NCBI GenBank assembly: GCA_964592365.1
Contig: CAZQDL010000004.1
Location: 1 to 60,297 of the forward strand
Length of the DNA stretch: 60,297 nt
DNA from: an uncultured Candidatus Saccharibacteria bacterium
Lineage (GTDB): Bacteria; Patescibacteriota; Minisyncoccia; Phycocordibacterales; UBA1006
Direction: 5' to 3'
How positions within the stretch are numbered: the stretch's first letter is position 1; every line of letters begins with the position of its first letter. Positions 1 to 9,475 of this stretch are shown one piece after another. The translations under genes and the position numbers were made by a program. The notes below the pieces were generated by a model that had not been told where the DNA came from, made no database searches, and saw only the letters and a list, made by a program, of their open reading frames with translations.

Positions 1-55
1 GAACCCGCGCATGGCGGTTTTGCAGACCGCAGCGTTACCACTTCGCCACCACGCC
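1..55 (-). tRNA. tRNA-Cys(GCA), 3-prime part cut off by the window edge
   Basis: Reverse complement reads GGCGTGG-TG-GCGAAGTGGTAACGC-T-GCGGT-CTGCAAA-ACCGC-CATG-CGCGGGTTC. This gives acceptor, D arm, anticodon stem-loop with GCA, and the start of the T arm. Confidence 0.8.
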
Positions 56-88
56 AATGGGTACCACATGTGGTACCTTGTTGCTAGC

Positions 89-415
89 TTATACGTCTTT
101 TAATAGCTGGTCAATTCGTTGTCTATTCTTTTCTCCGTAATCAATTCTGAATTCAACAAAAGGGATAATTCTCATTGAAAGAGATTTTTTTACATAATCA
201 CGAGCATCCCATTTCCTTCGGTTCATGAAAGAGATTACCTGTTCTTCCTTATCAACTGGTAGTACAGAAAGATATACAATGATATTTTTGAAGTTAGGAG
301 CAATGTCACAACGAGTTACCGTAATGAGTGATGTCTTATTTGATTCTCGTTCAATAAAGGTAGCAAATATTTTACCTAACTCCTTATTCATTTTTTCTTG
401 TCGTTGAGTTGCCAT
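89..415 (-). CDS. rbfA: ribosome-binding factor A
   Basis: The 108-aa ORF has typical RbfA size and sequence (KIFATFIERE..ITVTRCDIAPNFKNIIVYLSV). It lies immediately downstream of infB, the conserved gene order. Confidence 0.85.
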   Translation of the reverse strand: MATQRQEKMNKELGKIFATFIERESNKTSLITVTRCDIAPNFKNIIVYLSVLPVDKEEQVISFMNRRKWDARDYVKKSLSMRIIPFVEFRIDYGEKNRQRIDQLLKDV

Positions 416-416
416 A

Positions 417-1913
417 TTATTTTATTTCTTTGATGAAGGTAATTAAAGTATCACCCTCGTTAATTTCAACCTTCGAGGTAATCATGATTCCACATTCATT
501 ACCAGAAGAAATTAGTTGCTTTTCTATTTTTCCTTCTTGTAGTGCAGTGATAATTCCTCTTCCTATGTCTTCATGCTTTCTTGTAATCATGAAATCGTGA
601 CCTAATTTAATTTCACCTGAAACTACTTTTCCACCAATTACTTGTACATTTTTTTGATGAGAGAAAACTTTAAGAACACGAACTTGTCCTTGCTCAGTCT
701 TTACCTCTTTCTTTATCCTTCTTGTTTCATGGAGTTCCACTAAATATTCGGTAAGTTTGTAGATAATATCAAAGTGTTTTATTTGAAGAGCCTCATATTC
801 ATTGAGACCTTTTATCTTTGGATCTTCGTTCACATGAAATCCAATAATAACCGTACTCTCATCTGATAAGGCTAGTTTTACATCTGATTCATTAATATCT
901 CCGCTTCCTGATTTGATTACCTTGAATATTACATCCTCACTTGTTAGCTTGTTGATTTCACCGCAGATAGCTTCTGCAGTTCCAGAAACATCAGTTTTTA
1001 GAACAATAGGGATAAGGGCAACTCCTTCAGGAACATGAATAACTCCTTTAGCCTCTTCAAATTCACGTTTGATTTCTGAAAATTCAGTAATCGCTTGTTC
1101 AGCATCTTTTTTTGATTCAAAGGTTGCAAAGGTACTTCCAATTGGAGGTAGATTATCAAAACCTACCAATTGAATTGGTGATGAAAAATATGCATCTTCA
1201 ATGTCATTACCCTTAAAATCTCTAAGCATACGAGTAGGGGTGATGGTATCATCAACAACCACATACTGACCTCTTTTAATAGATCCATTTTTAATAACTA
1301 GAGTTGCTGAAATTCCTTGTTTCGGATCTCGGTGTGCTTCGATAACAAATCCAGTTGCAAGCTTTTCCTTATCTCCTTTCATTTCTTCTATTTCAGCTAC
1401 CAAAAGTAATGTTTCAAGAAGTGCATCAATACCATCACCTTTCTTTGCAGAGATCATACATACAGGTGTATCACCACCATATCCTTCAACAAAGATACTA
1501 TGTTCTAATAGTTCAGTTTTAATCTTCTCTGGTTGTGCATTTGGTTTATCAATCTTGTTAATTGCAACGATAAAAGGAATGTTATTCTTTTTGATTACTT
1601 CAATAGCATGCTTTGTTTGAGTTTTCACACCATCTTCAGCAGATACGATAAGGATAGCGATATCAGCAACCGTTCCACCACGATGTCGCATTTCATCAAA
1701 TGCAGCATGACCAGGAGTATCTATGAAGGTTATTCTTTTCTTATCCTCACCCACCTCTACTTCATAGGTAGATAGATGTTGGGTAATACCTCCTGCTTCT
1801 CCATCAACAACATTAGTTTTTCTGATGGTATCAAGAAGGGTAGACTTTCCATGGTCTACGTGTCCCATAACGGCAACTACAGGGGATCGTTCGATTGTTG
1901 ATTGAGTACTCAT
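417..1913 (-). CDS. infB: translation initiation factor IF-2 (short form lacking the long N-terminal region)
   Basis: The G domain starts at residue ~12 (VAVMGHVDHGKSTLLD, DTPGH, NKID). C-terminal IF2 domains follow. Confidence 0.93.
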   Translation of the reverse strand: MSTQSTIERSPVVAVMGHVDHGKSTLLDTIRKTNVVDGEAGGITQHLSTYEVEVGEDKKRITFIDTPGHAAFDEMRHRGGTVADIAILIVSAEDGVKTQTKHAIEVIKKNNIPFIVAINKIDKPNAQPEKIKTELLEHSIFVEGYGGDTPVCMISAKKGDGIDALLETLLLVAEIEEMKGDKEKLATGFVIEAHRDPKQGISATLVIKNGSIKRGQYVVVDDTITPTRMLRDFKGNDIEDAYFSSPIQLVGFDNLPPIGSTFATFESKKDAEQAITEFSEIKREFEEAKGVIHVPEGVALIPIVLKTDVSGTAEAICGEINKLTSEDVIFKVIKSGSGDINESDVKLALSDESTVIIGFHVNEDPKIKGLNEYEALQIKHFDIIYKLTEYLVELHETRRIKKEVKTEQGQVRVLKVFSHQKNVQVIGGKVVSGEIKLGHDFMITRKHEDIGRGIITALQEGKIEKQLISSGNECGIMITSKVEINEGDTLITFIKEIK

Positions 1914-1914
1914 A

Positions 1915-2388
1915 TTATTGATGTGCTTGGTTTAATGCTTGTTGCTCTTCTTCACTTAAAGTGAAGTTCGAGGTTCCATTAGTAATTGGCTTTGCAAACA
2001 CTTGTACATGTTGGGTGGTATACAGAGAAGATAGTACAAGACCATCTTTGTGTTTGTTTGTTAAGGCGATTGCAAAACTTTGATTTCCTCCAGTATTTAA
2101 TGCCTTGAATCTGACAATACCAACATTTTGAATGGTATTTAAAATATTTTGTTGTAGATCGATAATGTACTTCTTGTGATTTTCTTGAGTGTTCATCATA
2201 GAAGTAATAGCCTTGTTATTTTCAAGAATTATTGATTCTAGAGACTCACCAGTACGTCCTCTCACTAATTTTTTTATGGTCAGATTAAGTTTCACTACCC
2301 ATCCCAAAAGAACTAAGGTTATACCAAAGAATACCATTGGGTTGTAATGTAGTAGTGTTTCCATGAGCTCAATACTATCTGATACCAC
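1915..2388 (-). CDS. DUF4446-family membrane protein
   Basis: N-terminal TM helix followed by GIVRFKALNTGGNQSFAIALTNKHKDGLVLSSLY, characteristic of DUF4446. Only 1 nt separates it from the infB start. Confidence 0.65.
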   Translation of the reverse strand: MVSDSIELMETLLHYNPMVFFGITLVLLGWVVKLNLTIKKLVRGRTGESLESIILENNKAITSMMNTQENHKKYIIDLQQNILNTIQNVGIVRFKALNTGGNQSFAIALTNKHKDGLVLSSLYTTQHVQVFAKPITNGTSNFTLSEEEQQALNQAHQ

Positions 2389-2442
2389 TTATTTTTCAAG
2401 CAGATGCTTGATATTGCTATATTCATTGATACTATTTGATAC

Positions 2443-3600
2443 ATGAAACAAATATATCTTGATCATGCTGCAACAACACCGATGCTATCTTCAGTAACTG
2501 ACGCAATGATGCCATATTTCTCTTCAGTATTTCATAATCCGGGTGGATTATATTCTTCTGCTAACAAGGCAAAAGAAGCCATTGAACAAGCAAGAAATAC
2601 GGTTGCTTCATTTCTTCAGGCACGGCCACGCGAAGTATATTTTCTTGATGGTGCTACCTTGGCAAACAATCTAGTTCTTCATGGAATTATCAAAGCGTAC
2701 AAAAAGAAGAATCCCGAAAGTGTTCCTAAGATAATTACTTCTTCAATTGAACATAGTTCTATCTACAAGCAAATGAATAATATTGAAGCTGAAATTGTGT
2801 TTCTTCCTGTTGATCAGAATGGAAGAATATCATTAAAGGAACTTAGAGAAGCAATTTGTAAAAGAACGATATTGGTATCAATATCATACGCAAACGGAGA
2901 AATTGGAAGTATTGAAGATATTAAAGGTATTACAAAAGCAGTTCGTCATCATAGGAAACATAATGATACGGTATATCCATATGTTCATACTGATGCTGTA
3001 CAGGCTTGCTATTTTCTTCCTATGGGAGTTCCTCAATTAGGTATTGATGCTCTAACTATTTCAGGATCAAAAATATATGGACCTAAAAAAATAGCAGCTT
3101 TGTATATAAAAAGTGGAGTTGATATATCTCCAATATTTTTTGGAGGAGATCAAGAATTTGGAATGAATCCGGGTACTGAAAATGTTCCGTACATTGTTGG
3201 CTTAGAAACAGCAATATCATATATCGATACCCAAGAATTCACACGCTTACAAAAACTGAAAGATATTCTTTTACAAAAATTAAAGTCTTTTGATGTTATT
3301 ATTAATACTCCATTAGACGAATCACTTCCGCATATTGTGAATGTAAGTTTCAAAAACCTATCAAGTGAAGAAATTGTTCTTCGATTGAATGCAAGAGGAA
3401 TTGAATGCTCAGTAAAATCAGCATGTGCTTCAGGAGAGGATACTGATTCACATGTGATATTAGCACTTCGAGATGAACACACAGGATCAATTCGTTTTTC
3501 ACTAGGGAAGGGAAATACCCTTGAAGATATTGAAGACCTTCATACTGCACTTAACGACATCATTGCTTCAATGACAGAAACACAAACAAAGTATTCTTAA
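2443..3600 (+). CDS. cysteine desulfurase (class V aminotransferase, IscS/NifS-like)
   Basis: Starts IYLDHAATTP. PLP-lysine context ISGSKIYGPKK and catalytic-Cys loop SVKSACASGE. 385 aa. Confidence 0.88.
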   Translation: MKQIYLDHAATTPMLSSVTDAMMPYFSSVFHNPGGLYSSANKAKEAIEQARNTVASFLQARPREVYFLDGATLANNLVLHGIIKAYKKKNPESVPKIITSSIEHSSIYKQMNNIEAEIVFLPVDQNGRISLKELREAICKRTILVSISYANGEIGSIEDIKGITKAVRHHRKHNDTVYPYVHTDAVQACYFLPMGVPQLGIDALTISGSKIYGPKKIAALYIKSGVDISPIFFGGDQEFGMNPGTENVPYIVGLETAISYIDTQEFTRLQKLKDILLQKLKSFDVIINTPLDESLPHIVNVSFKNLSSEEIVLRLNARGIECSVKSACASGEDTDSHVILALRDEHTGSIRFSLGKGNTLEDIEDLHTALNDIIASMTETQTKYS

Positions 3601-3632
3601 TTTTTTACAAGTTTTTCACTAAAATGAAAAAC

Positions 3633-3660
3633 TTGTAAAATCATAACTTAGATATATACT
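3633..3660 (+). promoter_or_regulatory. sigma-70-like promoter of clpB (TTGTAA, 16 nt spacer, TATACT)
   Basis: TTGTAA at 3633-3638 and TATACT at 3655-3660. The -10 ends 6 nt before the clpB ATG at 3667, and no purine-rich SD lies between them. Confidence 0.6.
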
Positions 3661-3666
3661 GTATAC

Positions 3667-6348
3667 ATGCCTCCATTTCATAACTTTACAAAAAAAGCGA
3701 AACAAGTAATTAAGCATGCTCATGAACTTGCACTCGAGAGAGGACAAAATCATGTAAATGCAATTCACTTACTTGCCGCACTTATCGTACAAGATGATAG
3801 TTTAATCATTTCACTGCTTGAGCGTCTAGAAATAGACACAAGTATTTTCACCAATCACGTACTTGATGAATTAGATGAGATCGAAGGTGAAATGACCGAA
3901 GATACACTCAATGCATCTGTTCAAATGTTTGTTACTCCTGATCTAGCTCAGATTCTTGAACGTTCTATGAAAGTATCAAAAGAAATGAAAGATGAAGTTA
4001 TTTCAACTGAGCATCTTTTTTTAGCACTCTTTGATGTTGAAAATGCAACACAATCTATCTTAGAAGATGCTTCACTAAACAAAAAGAAAGTACTTAGGGT
4101 ACTTGAAGAAGTTCGTGATGAGGAAAAGCAAATTGATTCAAGTTTTAACAAGCAATTTAGATCACTTGCTAAGTTTTCACGTAATCTAACTGAACTTGCA
4201 AAGGCGGATAAGTTAGATCCTGTAATTGGAAGGGATAAAGAAATTATGCGTATTATCGAAATCCTTTCACGAAGGACAAAGAATAACCCTATCCTTATCG
4301 GTGAACCAGGAACAGGGAAAACAGCAGTTGTGGAAGGTCTTGCTCAACGTATGGCAAAAGGAGATGTGCCTGAATCATTAAAGAACAAGGAACTTGTGTT
4401 ACTTGATCTTGGGTTACTCCTTGCAGGAACAAAGTACCGTGGGGAATTTGAAGATAGGCTTAAAAAAATTATGAAAGAAGTTGAAGCTTCAGAAGGAAAG
4501 GTTGTAATGTTCATTGATGAAATTCACACCATCATTGGTGCAGGATCATCTGAAGGTTCAATGGATGCTGCTAATATGCTTAAACCAGCACTTGCTCGAG
4601 GAGAATTCAGAGCTATCGGTGCAACTACCTTAGGAGAATACCAGAAACATTTTGAAAAAGATCCAGCACTTGTACGACGTTTCCAACCAGTATATGTAAA
4701 TGAACCAAGTATTGATGATGCTATTGCTATTTTAAGAGGGTTGAAGCATAAGTATGAGTTATATCATGGTGTTCAAATTACCGATGATGCTTTGGTTTCA
4801 GCTGTTACTTTGTCGTCACGATATATTACCAATAGATATCTACCAGATAAGGCAGTTGATCTTATCGATGAAGCAGCATCTGCATTAAAAATATCACTTG
4901 AGAATAAGCCAGAACCTTTAGAACAGGCACATAGAAAGATTACTCGACTTGAAGTTGAAAAAGAATCTCTTGCAAAAGATGTTGAAAAGGGAATTACAAA
5001 AGCAGAGGAAAGAATCAATTCAATCAATCAAGAAATTGCTGATCTTCAAGAGGGAACAAGAGAGCTTGAAATGAAATGGATGAATGAAAAGCATATCTTG
5101 ACCACCATTGCTCGATTAAAAGAGGAGCGAGAATCATTAAAACTTGAAGCAGAACAATCTCAACTTGATGGGGATCTTGGAAAGGTTGCAGAGATTATTT
5201 ACGGAAAGATACCGGTAAACGAAAAGGAGATGCAAAAGGAGAATAAGAAATTATTACGTATCCAGAAGAATAATCGAATTTTAAGAGAAGAGGTAAATGA
5301 TGAAGATATTGCAAGTGTTGTTGCAAAATGGACGGGAGTACCGGTAACACGAATGCTTGAACAAGAAACTTCAAAGCTGGCACGCATGGAAGAAGATTTG
5401 AAGGAGCGTGTAAAAGGTCAAGATGAAGCAATTGAAAAAATTTCACATGCTATTCGAAGATCACGTGTTGGTATTGGAGATCCAAAACGACCTATTGGTT
5501 CATTTATTTTCCTTGGTCCAACAGGAGTTGGAAAAACAGAGCTTACTAAAGCCTTAACTGAATTCATGTTTGATGATGAAAAAGCATTAATTCGTGTGGA
5601 TATGTCTGAGTTCATGGAGAAACATTCAGTTTCAAAACTTATCGGATCGCCTCCTGGATATGTTGGCCATAATGAATCAGGGACATTTACTGAATCAATA
5701 AGACATAGGCCATATTCAGTTGTTCTTTTTGATGAGATTGAAAAAGCACACCCTGAAGTATTTAATATCCTTCTCCAAGTGCTTGATGATGGTCGTTTAA
5801 CTGACGCAAAAGGAAGAGTTGTTGATTTCAAAAACACTATTATCATCATGACATCAAACCTTGGTTCAAATCATATTCAAAAGATGCAATCAATTGGATT
5901 TACCGATGACTCACGTGAAGATAACTACGTAAATACAAAGAAGAAAGTAATGGAATCGCTTAAGGATTTCTTTAGACCAGAATTTCTTAATAGACTAGAT
6001 GAGATTATCGTCTTTGATACGCTTTCAAAAGAGGTAATCACTGATATCGTAACCTCACAATTATCAATTGTTGAAGAACGGATTGCTGCAAAAGAACTTG
6101 ATTTTAAATATTCTAAAAAAGTTCTTTCATATCTTGCTGAAAAAGGATTTGATCCACAATATGGTGCGCGACCATTGAAACGAATCATTCAAAATGAAAT
6201 CCTGAATGTTATCGCCCTTGAGATGGTAAAGCAGAATATAAAAATGGGAGATGCAATAGCTTTAGATATAAAAGATTCTGCTATTGTTATTAAAAAAGTA
6301 ATTCCTTCACGAACAATGAAGAGAAAGACATCAAAAAAAACCTCTTAA
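3667..6348 (+). CDS. clpB: ATP-dependent chaperone ClpB
   Basis: 893 aa with a Clp N domain and two AAA+ modules ([16 protein letters not shown]). The long coiled-coil middle domain is typical of ClpB rather than ClpA/C. Confidence 0.95.
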   Translation: MPPFHNFTKKAKQVIKHAHELALERGQNHVNAIHLLAALIVQDDSLIISLLERLEIDTSIFTNHVLDELDEIEGEMTEDTLNASVQMFVTPDLAQILERSMKVSKEMKDEVISTEHLFLALFDVENATQSILEDASLNKKKVLRVLEEVRDEEKQIDSSFNKQFRSLAKFSRNLTELAKADKLDPVIGRDKEIMRIIEILSRRTKNNPILIGEPGTGKTAVVEGLAQRMAKGDVPESLKNKELVLLDLGLLLAGTKYRGEFEDRLKKIMKEVEASEGKVVMFIDEIHTIIGAGSSEGSMDAANMLKPALARGEFRAIGATTLGEYQKHFEKDPALVRRFQPVYVNEPSIDDAIAILRGLKHKYELYHGVQITDDALVSAVTLSSRYITNRYLPDKAVDLIDEAASALKISLENKPEPLEQAHRKITRLEVEKESLAKDVEKGITKAEERINSINQEIADLQEGTRELEMKWMNEKHILTTIARLKEERESLKLEAEQSQLDGDLGKVAEIIYGKIPVNEKEMQKENKKLLRIQKNNRILREEVNDEDIASVVAKWTGVPVTRMLEQETSKLARMEEDLKERVKGQDEAIEKISHAIRRSRVGIGDPKRPIGSFIFLGPTGVGKTELTKALTEFMFDDEKALIRVDMSEFMEKHSVSKLIGSPPGYVGHNESGTFTESIRHRPYSVVLFDEIEKAHPEVFNILLQVLDDGRLTDAKGRVVDFKNTIIIMTSNLGSNHIQKMQSIGFTDDSREDNYVNTKKKVMESLKDFFRPEFLNRLDEIIVFDTLSKEVITDIVTSQLSIVEERIAAKELDFKYSKKVLSYLAEKGFDPQYGARPLKRIIQNEILNVIALEMVKQNIKMGDAIALDIKDSAIVIKKVIPSRTMKRKTSKKTS

Positions 6349-6359
6349 GAGGTTTTTTT
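6338..6359 (+). terminator. intrinsic terminator of clpB
   Basis: AAACCTC-TTAA-GAGGTTT hairpin followed by a T run. The hairpin loop contains the clpB stop codon. Confidence 0.75.
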
Positions 6360-6362
6360 GTG

Positions 6363-6433
6363 CGGGCGATGAGAGGATCGAACTCCCAATGTCGGTTTTG
6401 GAGACCGAAGTTATACCATTTAACTAATCGCCC
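6363..6433 (-). tRNA. tRNA-Trp(CCA)
   Basis: Reverse complement is GGGCGAT-TA-GTTAAATGGTATAAC-T-TCGGT-CTCCAAA-ACCGA-CATT-GGGAG-TTCGATC-CTCTC-ATCGCCC-G. No encoded CCA end. Confidence 0.9.
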
Positions 6434-6446
6434 TGTCGTACAATGA

Positions 6447-6480
6447 TACACAAAAAATAAAAAACGACAAAATGTCGTTT
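6447..6480 (-). terminator. intrinsic terminator after rpmG
   Basis: On the minus strand, ACGACA-TTT-TGTCGT hairpin followed by TTTTTTATTTTTT, directly after the rpmG stop. Confidence 0.65.
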
Positions 6481-6481
6481 T

Positions 6482-6658
6482 TTATTTTTTCTTGAATAAT
6501 TTCTTTGTTTGAATAAAAGAAACTCTTTTTCTTAATTTCTTACTAAACTTCATCAATGAAAGCTTTTCAGCATTAGCAAATTTCTTTTTATTGATACGTG
6601 TAGTTACATGCTCATTTGCTTCCTTGCTGTATAGAGTAATTAGATTATCTTGTGACAT
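6482..6658 (-). CDS. rpmG: 50S ribosomal protein L33 (Cys-less, C-minus form)
   Basis: MSQDNLITLYSKEANEHVTTRINKKKFANAEKLSLMKFSKKLRKRVSFIQTKK matches the L33 pattern (I.L......Y.T..NK....KL.L.K....R.H......K) but has no CxxC pairs. Start chosen at the internal ATG (6658) of the 65-aa track ORF. Confidence 0.75.
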   Translation of the reverse strand: MSQDNLITLYSKEANEHVTTRINKKKFANAEKLSLMKFSKKLRKRVSFIQTKKLFKKK

Positions 6659-6728
6659 AATACCCAGTATCTTACCCACAAATAGAAAAAAATCAATAGT
6701 TTGTAGGTCTAGGAAAATCAGAAAGCTG

Positions 6729-6737
6729 TGATATACT
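6729..6737 (+). promoter_or_regulatory. extended -10 promoter (TGATATACT) for tRNA-Tyr
   Basis: TGATATACT lies 23 nt upstream of the mature tRNA-Tyr 5-prime end. The same 9-mer recurs upstream of many genes in the window. Confidence 0.55.
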
Positions 6738-6760
6738 CCTAACCGTTCATAACGAACAAT

Positions 6761-6843
6761 GCGTCGATGGCAGAGCGGTCAAATGCACGGGACTGTAAAT
6801 CCTGCGACAATCGTCTACGGGGGTTCGAATCCCTCTCGGCGCA
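6761..6843 (+). tRNA. tRNA-Tyr(GTA), long variable arm
   Basis: Acceptor GCGTCGA/TCGGCGC, anticodon arm CGGGA-CTGTAAA-TCCTG, variable arm CGACAATCGTCTAC, T arm GGGGG-TTCGAAT-CCCTC. Confidence 0.9.
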
Positions 6844-6851
6844 CTATATTA

Positions 6852-6882
6852 AAAGTCCTCATTTGTGAGGACTTTTTCTTTT
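6852..6882 (+). terminator. intrinsic terminator after tRNA-Tyr
   Basis: AAAGTCCTCA-TTTG-TGAGGACTTT hairpin followed by a T-rich run. Confidence 0.75.
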
Positions 6883-6928
6883 GTATTGCAATAGAGAAAA
6901 TATATCTTTACTAAAACAAGGTGTGACT

Positions 6929-6961
6929 AACTTTATAAAGTTTGCAAAACTTTATAAAGTT
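6929..6961. promoter_or_regulatory. two tandem 14-bp perfect palindromes (AACTTTATAAAGTT), candidate operator of the HTH-Fic gene
   Basis: Copy 1 at 6929-6942 and copy 2 at 6948-6961, separated by a 5-nt spacer (TGCAA). Copy 2 ends 1 nt before the extended -10 TGATATAAT (6963-6971) of the downstream gene. Confidence 0.6.
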
Positions 6962-6980
6962 ATGATATAATAGTATTATT

Positions 6981-7904
6981 ATGAATTTCCAAGAAAAACT
7001 ACAATTCATTCAGAAGTATGCAGAGGTTACACAAACTCAACTTGCACAGATGCTTGATGTTTCTTTTCCTACTTTAAATAGCTGGCTGAACAATAAAAGT
7101 GAACCAAGAGTGAAAGCTCTTAAAAAAATTGATAGTTTGTATATTGAATATGTAGGAGATTTAGATATCAACTCTTCATCTTTAATTCTTAAGAAGAAGA
7201 GACTGGATGTTTTACAAAAAGAATACACCAATCCTTTTAGATTTATTATGTCCCGCAAAGACATATATGATTCATTTTTGTTAGAGATGACCTACCACAC
7301 TAACAGTATTGAGGGGAGTACCTTTAATGAACCGGAGGTAAAAGCAGTTTTGTTTGACGATGTAACAATTCCAAACAAGACAGTTCGTGAACATCAAGAA
7401 GCAAAAAATCACCAAGGAGCACTTGGTTTTGTGATGAGATGGATACGAGATGAGGATGGAAAAATTACCGAAGGATTTGTTAAGAAAATTCATGAAATTT
7501 TAATGAATGGAATTTTGCATAATGCAGGTCAGTACAGAACGCACAAGGTACGTATTGCAGGCTCACATGTAGCTACTTCAAATCCTCTAAAAATTGAAGA
7601 CAATATGAAAGACTTTATAAAAATATATAATTCATCATCAGAAGATCTTGTATATCATATTGCACAGACTCATGCACAATTCGAGCAAATCCATCCGTTT
7701 TCTGATGGAAATGGGAGGGTAGGTAGATTATTGATGTTAATATTAGCACTAAGGAACAATCTTGCTCCAGTTTTAATCCAAAAGGAAAAGAAAATCGCTT
7801 ATTATAATTATTTAGAAGAGTCACAAGTTAAAGGAAACAATATTCCTCTTACATCTTTCATATATGACTCTCTGTTTGAAGGATATCGATTATTGAAAGA
7901 GTAA
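6981..7904 (+). CDS. Fic-family protein with N-terminal XRE-type HTH (putative AMPylase)
   Basis: Fic core HPFSDGNGRVGRLL. Upstream inhibitory-type motif TNSIEG (TxxxEG). N-terminal HTH-like segment TQTQLAQMLDVSFPTLNSWLNNKSEP. Confidence 0.88.
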   Translation: MNFQEKLQFIQKYAEVTQTQLAQMLDVSFPTLNSWLNNKSEPRVKALKKIDSLYIEYVGDLDINSSSLILKKKRLDVLQKEYTNPFRFIMSRKDIYDSFLLEMTYHTNSIEGSTFNEPEVKAVLFDDVTIPNKTVREHQEAKNHQGALGFVMRWIRDEDGKITEGFVKKIHEILMNGILHNAGQYRTHKVRIAGSHVATSNPLKIEDNMKDFIKIYNSSSEDLVYHIAQTHAQFEQIHPFSDGNGRVGRLLMLILALRNNLAPVLIQKEKKIAYYNYLEESQVKGNNIPLTSFIYDSLFEGYRLLKE

Positions 7905-7944
7905 GTGATACTTATGAATATAAAATAACATCCCTAACGGGATG

Positions 7945-8514
7945 TTATTTTCTCAAAAACCTCTTTTGAACTCTGAAATATATTAATTGAGAAATAATAA
8001 TTCCAAAGAAGAGTACTAGTCCATATAAGAGTAATCCTGTTGATACCGTGAAAGGAATAGAGCGTACTGATCCTAGAACAAATGAGAGATACCAAGAAGC
8101 AATTGAAATAGCTCCTGTAGCAAAGGCAATCCTTTTTACTCTTCTGTGAGAGGCTGTAGTGAAGGTAATCTTTTGCATATTCTTGTGCAGATACTTTGTC
8201 ATAATGGTCCCGTTAACAGCAATGATTAATACAATGAACATCTTCACAATAAACTTTGATGATTGTAGATATCCTTGAGGATCACTTAAAAAGAGCATAA
8301 TTCCAGTTGCAATTAATAGGTAAATAGCAACCCACATGATTTTTGTCATAATGTCCAAGATAGGTGTTTCTGTTTTGGTAATGTTTCCATCTTCAAGGAA
8401 CTTGAAGAAAAGAACATCAGAAACACTGGCAGCCCCTAATCCAATAGCTGCTGAAATAGCATGTCCAATAACGATAACTGATTTATATTCAGAAAAAAAA
8501 CTAATGATATCCAT
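7945..8514 (-). CDS. hypothetical polytopic membrane protein
   Basis: 189-aa ORF with 5-6 hydrophobic helices. No recognisable catalytic motif. Confidence 0.55.
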   Translation of the reverse strand: MDIISFFSEYKSVIVIGHAISAAIGLGAASVSDVLFFKFLEDGNITKTETPILDIMTKIMWVAIYLLIATGIMLFLSDPQGYLQSSKFIVKMFIVLIIAVNGTIMTKYLHKNMQKITFTTASHRRVKRIAFATGAISIASWYLSFVLGSVRSIPFTVSTGLLLYGLVLFFGIIISQLIYFRVQKRFLRK

Positions 8515-8529
8515 ATAAATATGATTGTA

Positions 8530-9432
8530 TCACTGTTTATTCAAAAAAGAATGGACAGTGTTTATCAGCTCTTCTTTTTGTTCTATTGGATGAAACCAAA
8601 GGATATCTTTATTCTTCCTGAACCATGTGTACTGTCTTTTCACAAATTTCTTTGTTCTCACAAACAGTTCATGCAAAGCATCTTTTGGTGACATCTTGCC
8701 CTGAAGTATGTATGCAAGGTATCGATATTCTAAACCAAATCGCTCAAGAGTTTCGTAACTTACTCCTTGTTTATGAAGACTAATTACCTCATTGAGCATC
8801 CCTTGTTCCATCCTGCTATTAATTCTTTTCTCTATATATTTGATATGTGTTTCCTTATCAAGTTCAAGACAAACATACAACAGATCATATATTGATTCTG
8901 TTGATGTTTCTGGAACCTCACCTAGAGCATCAATAATTTCAAGTGAACGAATAAGGCGAACTTTGTTATGAGGATCAATATCTTGTGCTCGTCTTGGATC
9001 ACGATCATTAATCATTCTGTACAGTTCCTCAGTGTTGTATGTTTCAAGTTCTTTTCGAAGTATTTCATTTGCTTTGATTTCTGGAAGGTGTTGATTGTAT
9101 ACAAGTGTATCTATATAAAAACCTGTACCACCACAGATGATAGGAATCTTTTTTCTATGAAGAATATCTTCAATTACAATCTGTGCTTCTTTCTTAAACT
9201 CTGCCACTGAAAACACTTCTGTTGCAGGGTTTGCAATATCAAGGAGATGGTGGGGCACACCTTTCATCTCTTCTTTTGTTACCTTTGCGGATCCAATATC
9301 AAGACCTGTATACACTTGACGACTATCTGCATTGATTATTTCTCCGTTAAAAAGCAAAGCTAGTTCTATAGCAATATCAGTTTTTCCTGTTGCTGTTGGT
9401 CCTCCGATTACTATTACTTTTGGTACGCTCAT
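8530..9432 (-). CDS. miaA: tRNA dimethylallyltransferase
   Basis: P-loop IGGPTATGKTDIAIELA, then INADSRQVYTGLDIGSAK and CGGTGFY motifs. 300 aa. Confidence 0.92.
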   Translation of the reverse strand: MSVPKVIVIGGPTATGKTDIAIELALLFNGEIINADSRQVYTGLDIGSAKVTKEEMKGVPHHLLDIANPATEVFSVAEFKKEAQIVIEDILHRKKIPIICGGTGFYIDTLVYNQHLPEIKANEILRKELETYNTEELYRMINDRDPRRAQDIDPHNKVRLIRSLEIIDALGEVPETSTESIYDLLYVCLELDKETHIKYIEKRINSRMEQGMLNEVISLHKQGVSYETLERFGLEYRYLAYILQGKMSPKDALHELFVRTKKFVKRQYTWFRKNKDILWFHPIEQKEELINTVHSFLNKQ

Positions 9433-9475
9433 ATGCCTAAGTATACCTCTTTTATGTTTTCCACACGAAAAGTCT

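Noticed and set aside
5418-5849. Antisense ORFs inside clpB (for example 5418-5849, 4773-5027, 5925-6188) and inside other long genes (33298-33552 and 33963-34358, 57543-57986, 26508-26795)
   Set aside because: They lie opposite strongly supported conserved genes, have low-complexity Ser/Phe/Ile-rich composition typical of antisense frames in AT-rich DNA, and show no motifs.
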